A stretch of DNA of 64,000 nt from Mytilus edulis. Taxonomy: Eukaryota. Below, one piece after another: positions 1 through 11,449 of this stretch. The notes beneath the pieces were generated by a model. It was not told the DNA's origin and did not search any database. It worked only from the letters and a program-made list of their open reading frames with translations. The DNA lies in NCBI RefSeq assembly GCF_963676685.1, contig NC_092353.1, positions 7,068,001 through 7,132,000 of the forward strand. Direction: 5' to 3'. Within the stretch, counting starts at the first letter, position 1. Each line of letters opens with the position of its first letter. The translations under genes and the position numbers were made by a program.

Positions 1-579
1 ATAGCTGACTATGAGGTATGGGCTTTGCTCATTGTTGAAGGCCTATAGTTGTTAATGTCTGTGTCATTTTGGTCTCTTGTGGATAGTTGTCTCATTGGCA
101 ATCATACCACATCTTCTTTTTTATATTGAGATGAAGGAAACACGCATTTAATTTAAAACAATGGATACTTTTATCTATGTCTGTGCTAATTTGTAAACAT
201 CTTTCTACTTGTCACTGGACTTGACTGATATATCAACTGGCAAACAATTATTTCGCTAAATGTTTTTTAATCCATTTTACTAAAATATTTATTTCTTTTA
301 ACAAATGTTTCATTTTTTGTTCCCATCTTTACAGATCTTTACAGAATAGAGACATTGGATAAATGTTATACAGATAACTAAATCGTTTAGGAAAACAGAT
401 CAAAAAAAAGTTTATAAAGTCCTTCAGTTTGTATTCTTTTACATCATGAAATTGTAAAAAAAAATATTGGTAAAAAGGTCATCTTTGTGTATGTCAAAAC
501 CCCTTTCTATAAAGTTAATAAACATACTGATTGAGACTTCTTATCAAGGTTGATTAAAGCATTAGTTACTACCACTTAC

Positions 580-760
580 TGAAGTAATTGTTGATTTTCC
601 ATGTTTCCAAAATTTTCCATCTTTCAGTAAAGTATTCATAAGGTGTTTGAGATCTTCAATCTGATTGGCTGGTAAAACAGTAATCAACTTTCTAAGAGCC
701 AATAAGGAAGATGTTAACACCCTGTTGTATTTATTGACCATTTCATCCTGTTCAGTTGTA
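580..760 (-). CDS. LTN1: listerin exon 6 (TTEQDEMVNKYNRVLTSSLLALRKL...KFWKHGKSTITS); gene continues beyond window start
   Basis: 181 nt, AG/GTAAGT; SLLALxxL and KFWKxGK motifs. Confidence 0.9.
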
Positions 761-1404
761 CTGAAATTAAATGTATTCAATAATTTTAGAAATTCTTTTA
801 TACACAATTATATGCCTCTCAATTTTCTCATATCGTAGACACAAAGGACAGCAGATATATAAACAAATAATATTACCGTAACAGAAAACGTGACAAAATT
901 CTCAAAGTGAAAAGCAAAATCTCATTTTAATATAAATAAAAGAACAGCTTTCCAATACCCCCTGCATTCCACATATTTTAGACTATCCAAGGTACAATAA
1001 CAATTCTAAAAAAATATTTGTTTTTGTTCTTTAAAGCTTTTCATCAATATCTTTATAGAGAAGTGAAAACTTCAGAGCGAATGCAATTTCCATCATAATT
1101 AATATTTCCAAGGGGAATAACTTGCTAAAATATTTGATCAGCAATTATATTCCAAAAAAAAATTAGACATATTGCTGATATAAACCTATGATATCAGTTT
1201 CAATAAATTCTGGCAAGAATTGTACACATGAGAGCGCTAACGATGCAATTTTCCACATAATCAATGTTTCCAAGGGACATAACTCTTTTAAAATGATTGA
1301 TACTGATTTTTGAATTTGTTGGAGACGTTGATGATGGGTGGTTTTCTATGTTCCCATGTTTCCAGGTGACAAAACGATACCAGGTAGTTAATACAAGTAC
1401 TTAC

Positions 1405-1457
1405 GTAGAATCACTCAATGTATTAGGTGTCTGATTTAGGAGATTATCCACCAAATA
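1405..1457 (-). CDS. LTN1: listerin exon 5 (YLVDNLLNQTPNTLSDS)
   Basis: 53 nt, AG/GTAAGT flanked, phase matches the next exon; TPxTLSD motif. Confidence 0.85.
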
Positions 1458-1734
1458 CTAAAATACAAAAATATGTTCATTATATATGAAAGCCTAATGT
1501 TAATAACCTTAAAATTCTAACAACACTGATATAAACTATTATGAACTTAGAATCAATTAGTAATATTATGTCTGTAGTTTTATCCTTTACAAAAATTTAA
1601 AAGTACAAAATGTACATCTTCTTTTCATTTAGAATAAAACATTTGGAGTTGTCTCATTAAATGTATTTTACAGACAAGTATCTGTCTTCTTGGCTAGAGT
1701 GAATGGTATCTAGGACGTAGATTGTGATAGCTAC

Positions 1735-1965
1735 CTCTGTGACTACAGATTTACAGAAGACAAGAGCATCAGTCTGCTTGGCTGGAGGGAAAGCTGTCTG
1801 GAAAGCTTGTTGTGCTGCTGTTGACACAGTTGGGTAGGTATCACACTGACACAGTAACCAACTTCCCATTAAACTCTTCAGATAAGGGGCCAGATTCTTC
1901 CTCACTCTCAGCACTAAAGTGTTCATAGACTGCTGGATACATTCTCTAACTTTATGGTCTATGTC
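1735..1965 (-). CDS. LTN1: listerin exon 4 (DIDHKVRE...LAPYLKSLMGSWLLCQCDTY...AFPPAKQ...)
   Basis: AG/GT flanked, 231 nt; LAPYLKSLMGxW..QCDTY..AFPPxKQ closely resembles vertebrate LTN1. Confidence 0.93.
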
Positions 1966-2667
1966 CTGTAAGATTAAGTATATATGTATAGCTTAGGTGT
2001 GTAGGGAATGCTACATATACTTGAGTTTACTTGTTTTTTTTTGCATCTGGTATAAAAGTGCAGTTTTCGCAAAAAAAAACTTAAGTCAGAAAATCATCTT
2101 TTAACAATTTTCTTTCAATCAAAATAGCTTCTAACTCCTCATTTTAGCAATTTTACAAAGTTTACTGGACTAGGCTGTAGTTTGAAGGCTGATGGTGCAT
2201 AAAGCATATATTTGGTGTAATTGTTCAATGACTATTAGGTACATTGTCCGTTCTTGTAAACATTATGTAAATTAAAAAAAAAACAGTAGTGGGATAATCT
2301 TTGTAAAACTGACAAACAAATGAAGGTGTACCTACTTTTTATTTCATTTCTTGATCATGTTGATATAGTATTTTTTCAAACACTTGTATTTAATCTTACA
2401 AGAGTTGATTTAATATATATCTATATGTATAAAATGTTGAGACAATTATTCAAACTAATAAATCAATTTAAATATCATTTTAATTCCAAATCAATGGACC
2501 CCTAAGGGTATATTAATTTATTACAGACAAGAAAATAATAAAAAGAAAAACATGTATACATCTTTTTAGACAAAAAAAATCATTAAAGCTGTCAAATTCA
2601 TGTTCACCAATTTGACCCAAATTTTCATATTTGTTTTATAACAATGTAAAACATTTATCCAAATTAT

Positions 2668-4807
2668 AACCAGGTGCTCCGCAGGGCGCAGCTTTATACG
2701 ACCGCAGAGGTCGAACCCTGAACAGTTGGGGCAAGTATGGACAAAACATTCAAGCATGATACAGCTCTGAATTTGGATTGTGATCAAATTTTTGACATTA
2801 CATGTTTTTTTTTTACACAAAACAAATGCCAAGATTTTACAAATCAATTAAAGATTTCTTCTTCAAACTTTTTAAATCTAAAATTAAATAGTTGACACAG
2901 CATAGGTTTCTGACACAGAATGAATGTGGTCTAATGAACTTAAAAGGTTTTTTTTGCCTTTGAGCAAATCACTATGCTGTTGAATATTAATCCTCTCAAA
3001 AAAATGTTTGAAGAAATTTTCTTTTTATTTATGAAATCTGAAATGAGAAAAATTTACCCCCCCCCCCCTTTTTTTCACATCCCCGTTTCCCTTTTTCAAA
3101 ACTGATATCAATTCAAATTTCTAATGGAGTTTGCAACAATAACTACTCATTTAAATACATCATAAAATATTAAGATGTAAAAAAACTGCTTGTTATCACT
3201 GAATGGTAAAGATTATTTAAATTTATCAGTTGGTAGTAAAAAGTGTATATACATTGTATATTGTATATAACAAAGATTTAAGTTGATTCTGGACAAAGAA
3301 AGATAACTCCAATTAAAAAAAATTCTTGCTATTGCACAAATAGGATATTTCTTGATTACTATTCTGGACAAAGAAAGATAACTCTAATTAAAAAAAAATT
3401 TGCTATTTCACAATATTGTGCAATTAGATATTTCTTGCCATTGCACAATACTGTGCAATTGAAAAGACTTGCTATTGCACAATACTTTATATAATAATTT
3501 TAGATCCTGATTTGGACCAACTTGAAAACTGGGCCCATAATCAAAAATCTAAGTACATGTTTAGATTCAGCATATCAAAGAGGCCCAAGAATTCAATTTT
3601 TGTTAAAATCAAACTTAGTTTAATTTTGGACCCTTTGGACTTTAATGTAGAATTTGAAATTTGAAAACAGGACCAAAAATGAAGAATCTACATACACAGT
3701 TAGATTTGGCATATCAAAGAACCCCAAGGATTCAATTTTTGATGAAATCAAACAAAGTTTAATTTTGGACCCTTTGGACCTTAATGTAGACCAATTTGAA
3801 AACTGGACCAAAAAAACTTCAATAATCAAGAATATAAGTACATTTTTAGATTCAACATATCAAAGAACCCAACCGATTCATTTTTTGTCAAAATCAAACT
3901 AAGTTTAATTTTGGACCCTTTGGACCTTAATGTAGACCAATTTGAAAACGGGACCAAAAGTTGAGAATCTACATATACAGTTAGATTCGGCATATCAAAG
4001 AACCCCAATAATTCAATTTTGATGAAATCAAACAAAGTTTAATTTTGGACCCTTTGGGCCCCTTTTTCCTAAACTGTTGGGACCAAAACTCCCAAAATCA
4101 ATACCAACCTTCCTTTTATGGTCATAAGCCTTGTGTTTAAATTTCATAGATTTGTATTTACTTATACTAACATTATAGTGCGAAAACCAAGAAAAATGCT
4201 TATTTGGGTCCCTTTTTGGCCCCTAATTCCTAATCTGTTGGGTCCTAAACTCCCAAAATCAATACCAACCTTCCTTTTGTGGTCATAAACATTGTGTTTA
4301 AATTTCATAGATTTCCATTTACTTAACCTAAGGTTATTGTGCAAAAACCAAGAAAAATGCTTATTTGGGCCCTTTATTGGCCCCTTATTCCTAAACTATT
4401 GAAACCAAAACTCCCAAAATCAATCCCAATCTTTCTTTTATGGTCATAAACCTTGTGTCAAAATTTCATAGATTTCTATTAACTTAAACTAAAGTTATGG
4501 TGCGAAAACCAAGAAAATGCTTATTTGGGCCCTTTTTGGCCCCTTATTCCTAAAATGTTGGGACCAAAACTCCCAAAATCAATACCAACCTTCCTTTTAT
4601 GGTCATAAACCTTGTGTTAAAATTTCATAGATTTCTATTCACTTTTACTAAAGTTAGAGTGCGAAAACTAAAAGTATTCGGACGCCGGACGACGACGATG
4701 ACGACGGACGACGACGACGACGGACGACGACGACGACGACGACGCCGACGCCAACGTGATAGCAATATACGACGAAAATTTTTTCAAAATTTGCGGTCGT
4801 ATAAAAA
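2668..4807. mobile_element. HINE/Helentron-like non-autonomous element with internal tandem arrays (LTN1 intron 3)
   Basis: Subterminal inverted repeat tatacgaccgca (2695-2706)/tgcggtcgtata (4792-4803), terminal hairpin, (GAC)n microsatellite ~4680-4750, internal ~140-bp and ~180-bp tandem units. Confidence 0.7.
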
Positions 4808-5150
4808 GTCTAAAATAAACAATTTACAGGGCATGGGAACAATAATATGTAGGTTTGTTTGATTTTTATTTTAGTCCAGAAGCAATCTAATTAACTGTCG
4901 AGTTGACCTAGTTTAATTACAATATTTGTAATACATGTACCATTCTGGTCAGGGATCTAAAAGAAAATATCATATTTTCCCTACAACTTTTGATTGTTTC
5001 CAGCCATTTTAAGCCTATTAAGTTGTATTTGTTATAAGTTATTTTCTTACTTTGTTCATATAAGAGAAGATGCCAGTTTGACATATAAAAAATAGTTTGT
5101 GATAATTTTTTTTAATTTTTTTTTCTTATCTCTTGAAAGTTCAAACTTAC

Positions 5151-5249
5151 AAGAGCAACTTTATTGTAGATTCTTGGCCAGAAAGGTAAGACAGCCTTTA
5201 GATGTTCTATGTCTTTCTCTTCACATAGGACACTGAACTCCTGCAATGC
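5151..5249 (-). CDS. LTN1: listerin exon 3 (ALQEFSVLCEEKDIEHLKAVLPFWPRIYNKVAL)
   Basis: AG/GT flanked, 99 nt; LPxWPRI motif. Confidence 0.92.
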
Positions 5250-6160
5250 CTGTAAATACAAAACACATATATACTGCGAAAGTTGACAATGAAACATTTT
5301 TGTTTGATATTGATCTATTGTTCAAATTGTTAATTTTCAAGAACAATTTATCTTGAAAGATTATCATTTCTAATATAAATTTTATTTTTGAAAAACCAAG
5401 TGTTGCGTTTTCACTGGCACTCAGTATATATACATGATATATGCATCAGATTTCAGAATGCGAGTAGTTATTATTGCGATACTTACCAAGTCACATTTAT
5501 AAAAATCCTTGTAATAATTTTTGAATTTACAGTATTGCAATAGATTTTGAGTTATGAATACCATTTTCTGACAACTACTGTAATTTTGAAATCAAAAAAA
5601 TATACATGTTATACTAGTAACTACAAAATGTCTCATTGATGTTTTCTTTTTAAAAGCTAATTTCATAATACATCACCACATGTTCTGACAATTCTTTTTG
5701 GGGGTAAAACAGACTTTGACGGCATAGTTTGTATAATTCATTATAGCAGGTCTTTCTCCTTGTGAAGAATGGCCCTATACTACTATAAGTTAATTAGTCT
5801 GGAGCATATTATTCAGTCTCTTTGTGGAGAATGACCCTATACTACTACAAGTTAATTAGTCTGGAGCATAATGATATAATTCAGTGGTTTTTCGTTATTT
5901 GCTGTATATCATTTTAGTATTTAGTTTTATTATTTTGTAGTTATTTTTCCTGTTTGAATTGTTTTACATTTGTCATTTCAGCACCTTTTAACATCACTAT
6001 ACAGTATGGGTTCTACTCATTGTTGAAGGCTGTAAGGTCACCTGTTATTGATACCTTCAATGTCATTTGGTCTCTGGTGAAGAATTGTTTCAATAGTAAT
6101 CATAACACTTTTTTTTTTTTAATTAAAGTCCCTTATGAAAATGGCTAGTTATTATTATAC

Positions 6161-6355
6161 CTTAACTTTAGTCGTACTATCTTTCTTAGTCAATTTCCTC
6201 AGAACCAATCTGAAATCAGCATCTAACGTGTTATCTATATCATCGAAGACCTGACTGGCCGGTACATATCCTGGACTTCCTGAAAACCCTATAAAACCTG
6301 TTGCTGCTGTTCCTGTTGTCACTAGCAACTGAGCAGCTTGACTACTACTCGAAGG
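6161..6355 (-). CDS. LTN1: listerin exon 2 (PSSSSQAAQLL...GFIGF...LDADFRLVLRKLTKKDSTTKVK)
   Basis: AG/GT flanked, 195 nt, phase 0; DFRxVLRKLxKKDxTTKxK is the listerin N-terminal motif. Confidence 0.92.
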
Positions 6356-7804
6356 CTAAAATAAAATACATCTTAATAATTTATGTGACAAATATTTCCC
6401 TTTCAACAACTACTTTACATCATAAGCAGTCAATCCGGACATATTTAAGATATTAACTATAATACTAAAATAACAAGGTCCAATTTTTCAGCTGTGATGG
6501 GGTAAAAACGACAAATCAAAGAATTCAACTTTATATATGGGCAGGAATTCGCTAACGAAATTTTAGGGTCAATAGTGTTTATCCAATAAAAAAATCAAGA
6601 AATCAAGCAAATATGGAGAATAAACATTGTTTAAATATCAAAGTCAATCAATAAAATCTTGTTGAAATTTAAAATTGCTTCATAAAAATGACATTAAAGA
6701 AATAAATAAGTTTTAATTATTTGTGTTTATTTTTTTCCTTGATTGAATAGCAATTTTTCCTCATCATTTGTTGGTGTTCCTGTCAATGTTACATGCATAA
6801 CCCAGAATCATAATGTTTTAAAAGCATTGCTTTCCAAACCTATGATATGAGCTTTAAAATGAATTTATCTGAGTTTATAAATGACTTACATCTGAAATAT
6901 TGTCATCACACAATTTCTTTGATGCTTATATGCTAACTTTGTGAGTAACATGGACAGCAATTTTCGTATCAGGTCTTTTTTGTGTTACATGAGGAGATTT
7001 TACTGTGTTGAAATCAAATTAATCTAATTTTTAATATTCAAAGTTATTATTATGATACTTATTTAATAAAAATAATGTATTAAGTAAACCCAAATTAAAC
7101 TTTCATTGAGAAATTGTGTATGTAACATTGACAGTCTATAATTTAGACTTTTACATGTTCAGGCCAGTGTTACATGCGTAAACAAAACTTACTGCCATAT
7201 GGAGCTATTATTTTATTTACACTTTACAAAATTAAAGAATTTTCATGTTTTCCTGTTTAATTTGTCTTTTAACACTAGTTAGTAACACTGACAACAATAT
7301 TTTGTGTCAAAATTGTTTTATGTTACATGCAAAGGTATTACTTCCTTAAAGTCAGACTTTTAAATAACATTTTATAACCTGAATGATTAATTAGATATTA
7401 CTGGGCAGCAATAATATTATTTCTCCAAAGTTGACTATTAAGCACACCACTTTCATCTTATGGTCTTCATGTATGTAACATTGACATACTACCTTTTACT
7501 TTTCAGTCAATGTTACATGCATGAACAGAACTGATAACATTTACTAACTCCTTTGCTCTATAAAGAGATTATTGATAATCTAACTTGTTTTACCACCATC
7601 AAACTTCATCTTTATTTCTAAATATAGATATTCTTTTAAGAAGTGTAATTTCTTCATTGACAACAAAATTGGTGTCGGTCTTGAATATTTACTTGCAATT
7701 TTTAATAAAAAAAATCTACTTGCAATATAAACCTAAAAAAGAAAAAGAGGATCAGCAATAAATTTGATGAAGAAAACTCTCAGGAAGATGCTGCAAAAAA
7801 ATAC

Positions 7805-8120
7805 TGTCCCTGTCAACCAGTCAGATGGTGATGTCCCTGCCAGCCAGACATATGGTGATGTCCCTGTCAGCCTGGAAGATGGTGATGTACATATCAGTCA
7901 ATCAGTTAGTTCGTGATGTTCCTGTCAGTCAGTCAGTCTGTGATGTTCTTGTAAGCCAGTCAGAGGGTAATGTCCCTGTCAGCCAACAGATGGTGATGTC
8001 CTAGTCAGCCTGGCAGATGGTGATGTTCATATCAGTCAGTCAGTTGGTGATGTTCCTGTCAGTCAGTAATATGGTGATGTTCCTATCAGCCAGTCAGATG
8101 GTGATGTCCCTGTCAGTGAC
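7805..8120 (+). repeat. ~12 copies of a degenerate 27-bp minisatellite (gtccctgtcagccagtcagatggtgat)
   Basis: Direct inspection of periodicity. Confidence 0.85.
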
Positions 8121-8617
8121 AATTGTGGTAGTGAAATTACACACAAACTAAACATATTTTAACAAAAATAAAGAAATGTACAAGCAAGGATTTGTATAGA
8201 GATACTATACAAACCCTTGGTACAAGTATTTGATTCCCAAATTAAAAGCCATTATACAACACTTTTTAAGTTTACATACAAAATTTTTGAAGCAAACTTT
8301 AAAAGCAATTTAGATTGGCAATTTTGTCAATTTCTTATTTCAAATGTTCTTATAATTATTGGGTAAATGGTTTCTATATTGGAATATCGAAGATTTCCTT
8401 CTGCCAGGACAAAAAAAAGGGTAATTTTAGGCAAAAAAGTCATTCTACATTGTACAACATTTTGAAAGCCCAGTGACGAAATGTATTTTGCAGTGATTTT
8501 TACAATGACTGTTGAATTGCTGCTAATCAGTTACATGTATGCGTAGTCAATCCTGTATGGAAAGCCAATTTGTGAATGCACCAATTTTTCTGGTTAAGAA
8601 TGAGTTACAGTGATTAT

Positions 8618-8886
8618 AGGCCAAAAAAAATATATGTCTGTTTAAGGTTACATCATCAAAATAAATAAGGTAGGTAGGTCGGTATTCCCATTTATCATGT
8701 TTATTATTTTTTGAGTTGCAAGTTTCCTTAAACATTTGTTAAAACAGCTGTCATATTCACGATTGTGTACATTGGGATGTATCAGGCAATTGATCGGATT
8801 ACGACGGAAATAAAATGGCTTAGGGTCGGCGCTCAAATTAGGGCAGGTCGGGTAACCGTAAACAGACATATATTTTTTTGGGGCCT
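8618..8886. mobile_element. MITE with terminal inverted repeats (LTN1 intron 1)
   Basis: aggccaaaaaaaatatatgtctgttt at left vs aaacagacatatatttttttggggcct at right. Confidence 0.65.
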
Positions 8887-9105
8887 TACACTGGTAGATC
8901 TGAGGTGAATCGGTGTAACCAACTATCAGTTTTTGCTGTTAGTAATAACATATCCATTATGACAACAAATTTACGGAAAAGTAATTCGAAAGTTGCCTAT
9001 TATCAGTGCTTTCAAGAGTTCATTTTTTCACAGATAATTTGGTCATTTTTGTACCAGATTTTGTATCATTTTCCCTTCAATAAATTGTTTCTCCTGATTA
9101 TTTAC

Positions 9106-9159
9106 CCGGACATTTCCCTTTGTTCTCTGTGACTGTTTCTTATTCGTGTGTCCAGGCAT
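9106..9159 (-). CDS. LTN1: E3 ubiquitin ligase listerin, coding exon 1 (MPGHTNKKQSQRTKGNVR)
   Basis: ATG at 9159-9157; QRTKGNxR matches the conserved listerin N-terminus; GT donor at 9105-9104. Confidence 0.85.
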
Positions 9160-10125
9160 ATTTTAACTGCCAAACATACGCAAATGTAAATTTTCCACGT
9201 TTGATTGTGAAATATTGTGGGAGATTGTTGAGTAGTGCCCCTTCACAAGGACGGCCTAATAAATGTCTTACATGTACCGAATCCGGGTCCGTTCGTCCCA
9301 AAACAGGTTAGCCCCCTTTCTCTTTCGCACCCTACATGTTCGTACCATACACGTTCGCACCCTATTTATTGGTCTTGTGTCAGGTTTTTTTTTGGTAAGT
9401 GTATTACTTTAAAAAAAAATATCATTGTTTCAAAACAAAGTGTGATTATGACAACGTTTTTTTTTGTATTGCTATAAAATTAAATATTTGTTTCTCATTG
9501 TTTAAAAATTAAGTGATATATGAGGGTTTGGATGGGGTTAAATGATTAGAGAATAATGCCCTTAAAAAATGAAGATTAGAGAATAACGGGCCAAAAAAAT
9601 AAAGATTAGAGAAATGTGTGGTCTAAAAATATAATGAATATTGAATAATTAATAAAAGAAAACGCTAAAAATTAAGTGTTTACAGAATTTTCCCTTCTTA
9701 AAATTTAAAGAAAATTATCAAAATTATCATTATAAAAATATAAAAGTGAAAACAAACTTGGTAAACCTTTTTTGGTTTTGTGATAACAGACTATAGGATT
9801 CAGTCAATGTGCACTGGTTTTCGATACTTCTACTCGGATTTCGGATCTTTTCGGTTCATACTTCTACTCAGGTTATTTCGAATGTTATCGACTATCTTTA
9901 GTAGTCAACACTGAAGTGTTGACTACTATGAATATCAATAATGTGGTCATTTTTTTTTTTATAAATTTCCTGTTAACAAAAGTTTAAATTTTTCGAAAAA
10001 CTAAGGATTTTCTTATTCCAGGCATAAATTTCCTTAGCTGTATTTGGCACAACGTTTTGGAATTTTGGATCCTCAATGCTCAGTCAACTTTGTAATTGTT
10101 TGGCTTTATAAATATTTTGAAATGA

Positions 10126-10169
10126 GCGTCACTGATGAGTCTTATGTAGACGAAACGCACGTCTGGCGT
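10126..10169 (+). ncRNA. type I hammerhead ribozyme (predicted cleavage after C10163)
   Basis: gcgtca-CTGATGA-gtct tatgt agac-GAAA-c gcac g-TC-tggcgt: complete core, stems I/II/III pair. Confidence 0.85.
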
Positions 10170-10486
10170 ACTAAATTATAATCCTGGTACCTTTGATAAC
10201 TATTTACACCACTGGGTCGATGCCACTGCTGGTGGACGTTTCGTCCCCGAAGGGTATCACCAGCCCAGTAGTCAACACTTCGGTGTTGACATGAATATCA
10301 ATAATGTGGTCATTTTTTTTTTATAAATTTCCTGTTAACAAAAGTTTAAATTTTTCGAAAAACTAAGGATTTTCTTATTCCAGGCATAGATTTCCTTAGC
10401 CGTATTTGGCACAACGTTTTGGAATTTTGGATCCTCAATGTTCTTCAACTTTGTAATTGTTTGGCTTTATAAATATTTTGGTATGA

Positions 10487-10530
10487 GCGTCACTGATGAG
10501 TCTTATGTAGACGAAACTCGCGTCTGGCGT
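10487..10530 (+). ncRNA. type I hammerhead ribozyme (predicted cleavage after C10524)
   Basis: gcgtca-CTGATGA-gtct tatgt agac-GAAA-c tcgc g-TC-tggcgt: complete core. Confidence 0.85.
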
Positions 10531-11449
10531 ACTAAATTATAATCCTGGTACCTTTGATAACTATTTAAAGATGTCAGAGGTCATAGCAGACGAATTTGAT
10601 GAAAATATTCAAATGAAAAATCTGTGAAGGAGAGATTCCGCACTAGAATACCAATATGCTTCAAGAAGCACACCACTTTGCTTTCAAGGCTGTGTCATTT
10701 GGTCTCTTTTAAAGAGTTGTCTAATTGGCAATTACACCACATCTTCTTTTTTATATGTAGTCAAAATCACTGGAAAGAACTGATGAGAACTTGGACTTGT
10801 TACTTCAAGGAACTAGTACTTAAATCATGCAGAACAATACACATCAACACGTCATTATTGAGAAACAAATGAAAACCTTGCTGTTGTTTGGAAATCACCG
10901 TTCTCATTCATTTAAAAGAATGTTTTTTACTCTTTTTTTTTAAAGATTAAAGAAAACTGGGGAAAAAAATAGAGAATAATGCGTAAAAAATCACTTTTAA
11001 AGAATAGACTTATTTTTTGAAGATTAGAGAAAAAAGGGGTGAAAATTAAATGCTTACAGAATAACAGACCCCCCCATTCAGACCCTCATATATCAAAGGG
11101 GCAATTAGCTGTTAAAGCATTGTCTTTCGTGTTTTTATTTAAGATCTTCAATGTTTTATTCAGACCAATATCTTCTTCTTCTATAATAATCAGTTCCATT
11201 CTCGTTTTTTCCTTATTTATAATTAGACGCAAAGGAAGGAAGTGCTTTCCTTTCCTAGTGTTCAATACCATATTTTTTCCGAAACCAATCCTAATAAGTT
11301 AATGTAAGAAACACCTGTAAATCAAGAGGACATGTTTGCACTTTTACCTTTATCATGTTTATCGCGACTGCCGAAGCTTTGAGTTTTGATCAGCGTTGAC
11401 AGTTCAAGGTCCAATCTCATTTTAAATACTGAATGAAACCGTATTCAGA

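Larger units (their letters stand above)
9899..10567 (+). mobile_element. non-LTR retrozyme-like tandem repeat (~1.85 copies of a 361-nt monomer)
   Basis: Near-identical direct repeat with period 361; each unit carries a hammerhead core. Confidence 0.85.
9521..11088. mobile_element. TIR-bounded non-autonomous DNA transposon hosting nested insertions
   Basis: tgagggtttggatgggg / ccccattcagaccctca (15/17 inverted match), TA flanks, internal gattagagaataa repeats near both ends. Confidence 0.65.

Noticed and set aside
4599-4862. ORF with poly-Asp/poly-Arg (also 47977-48198)
   Set aside because: Translation of the (GAC)n microsatellite of HINE-like elements
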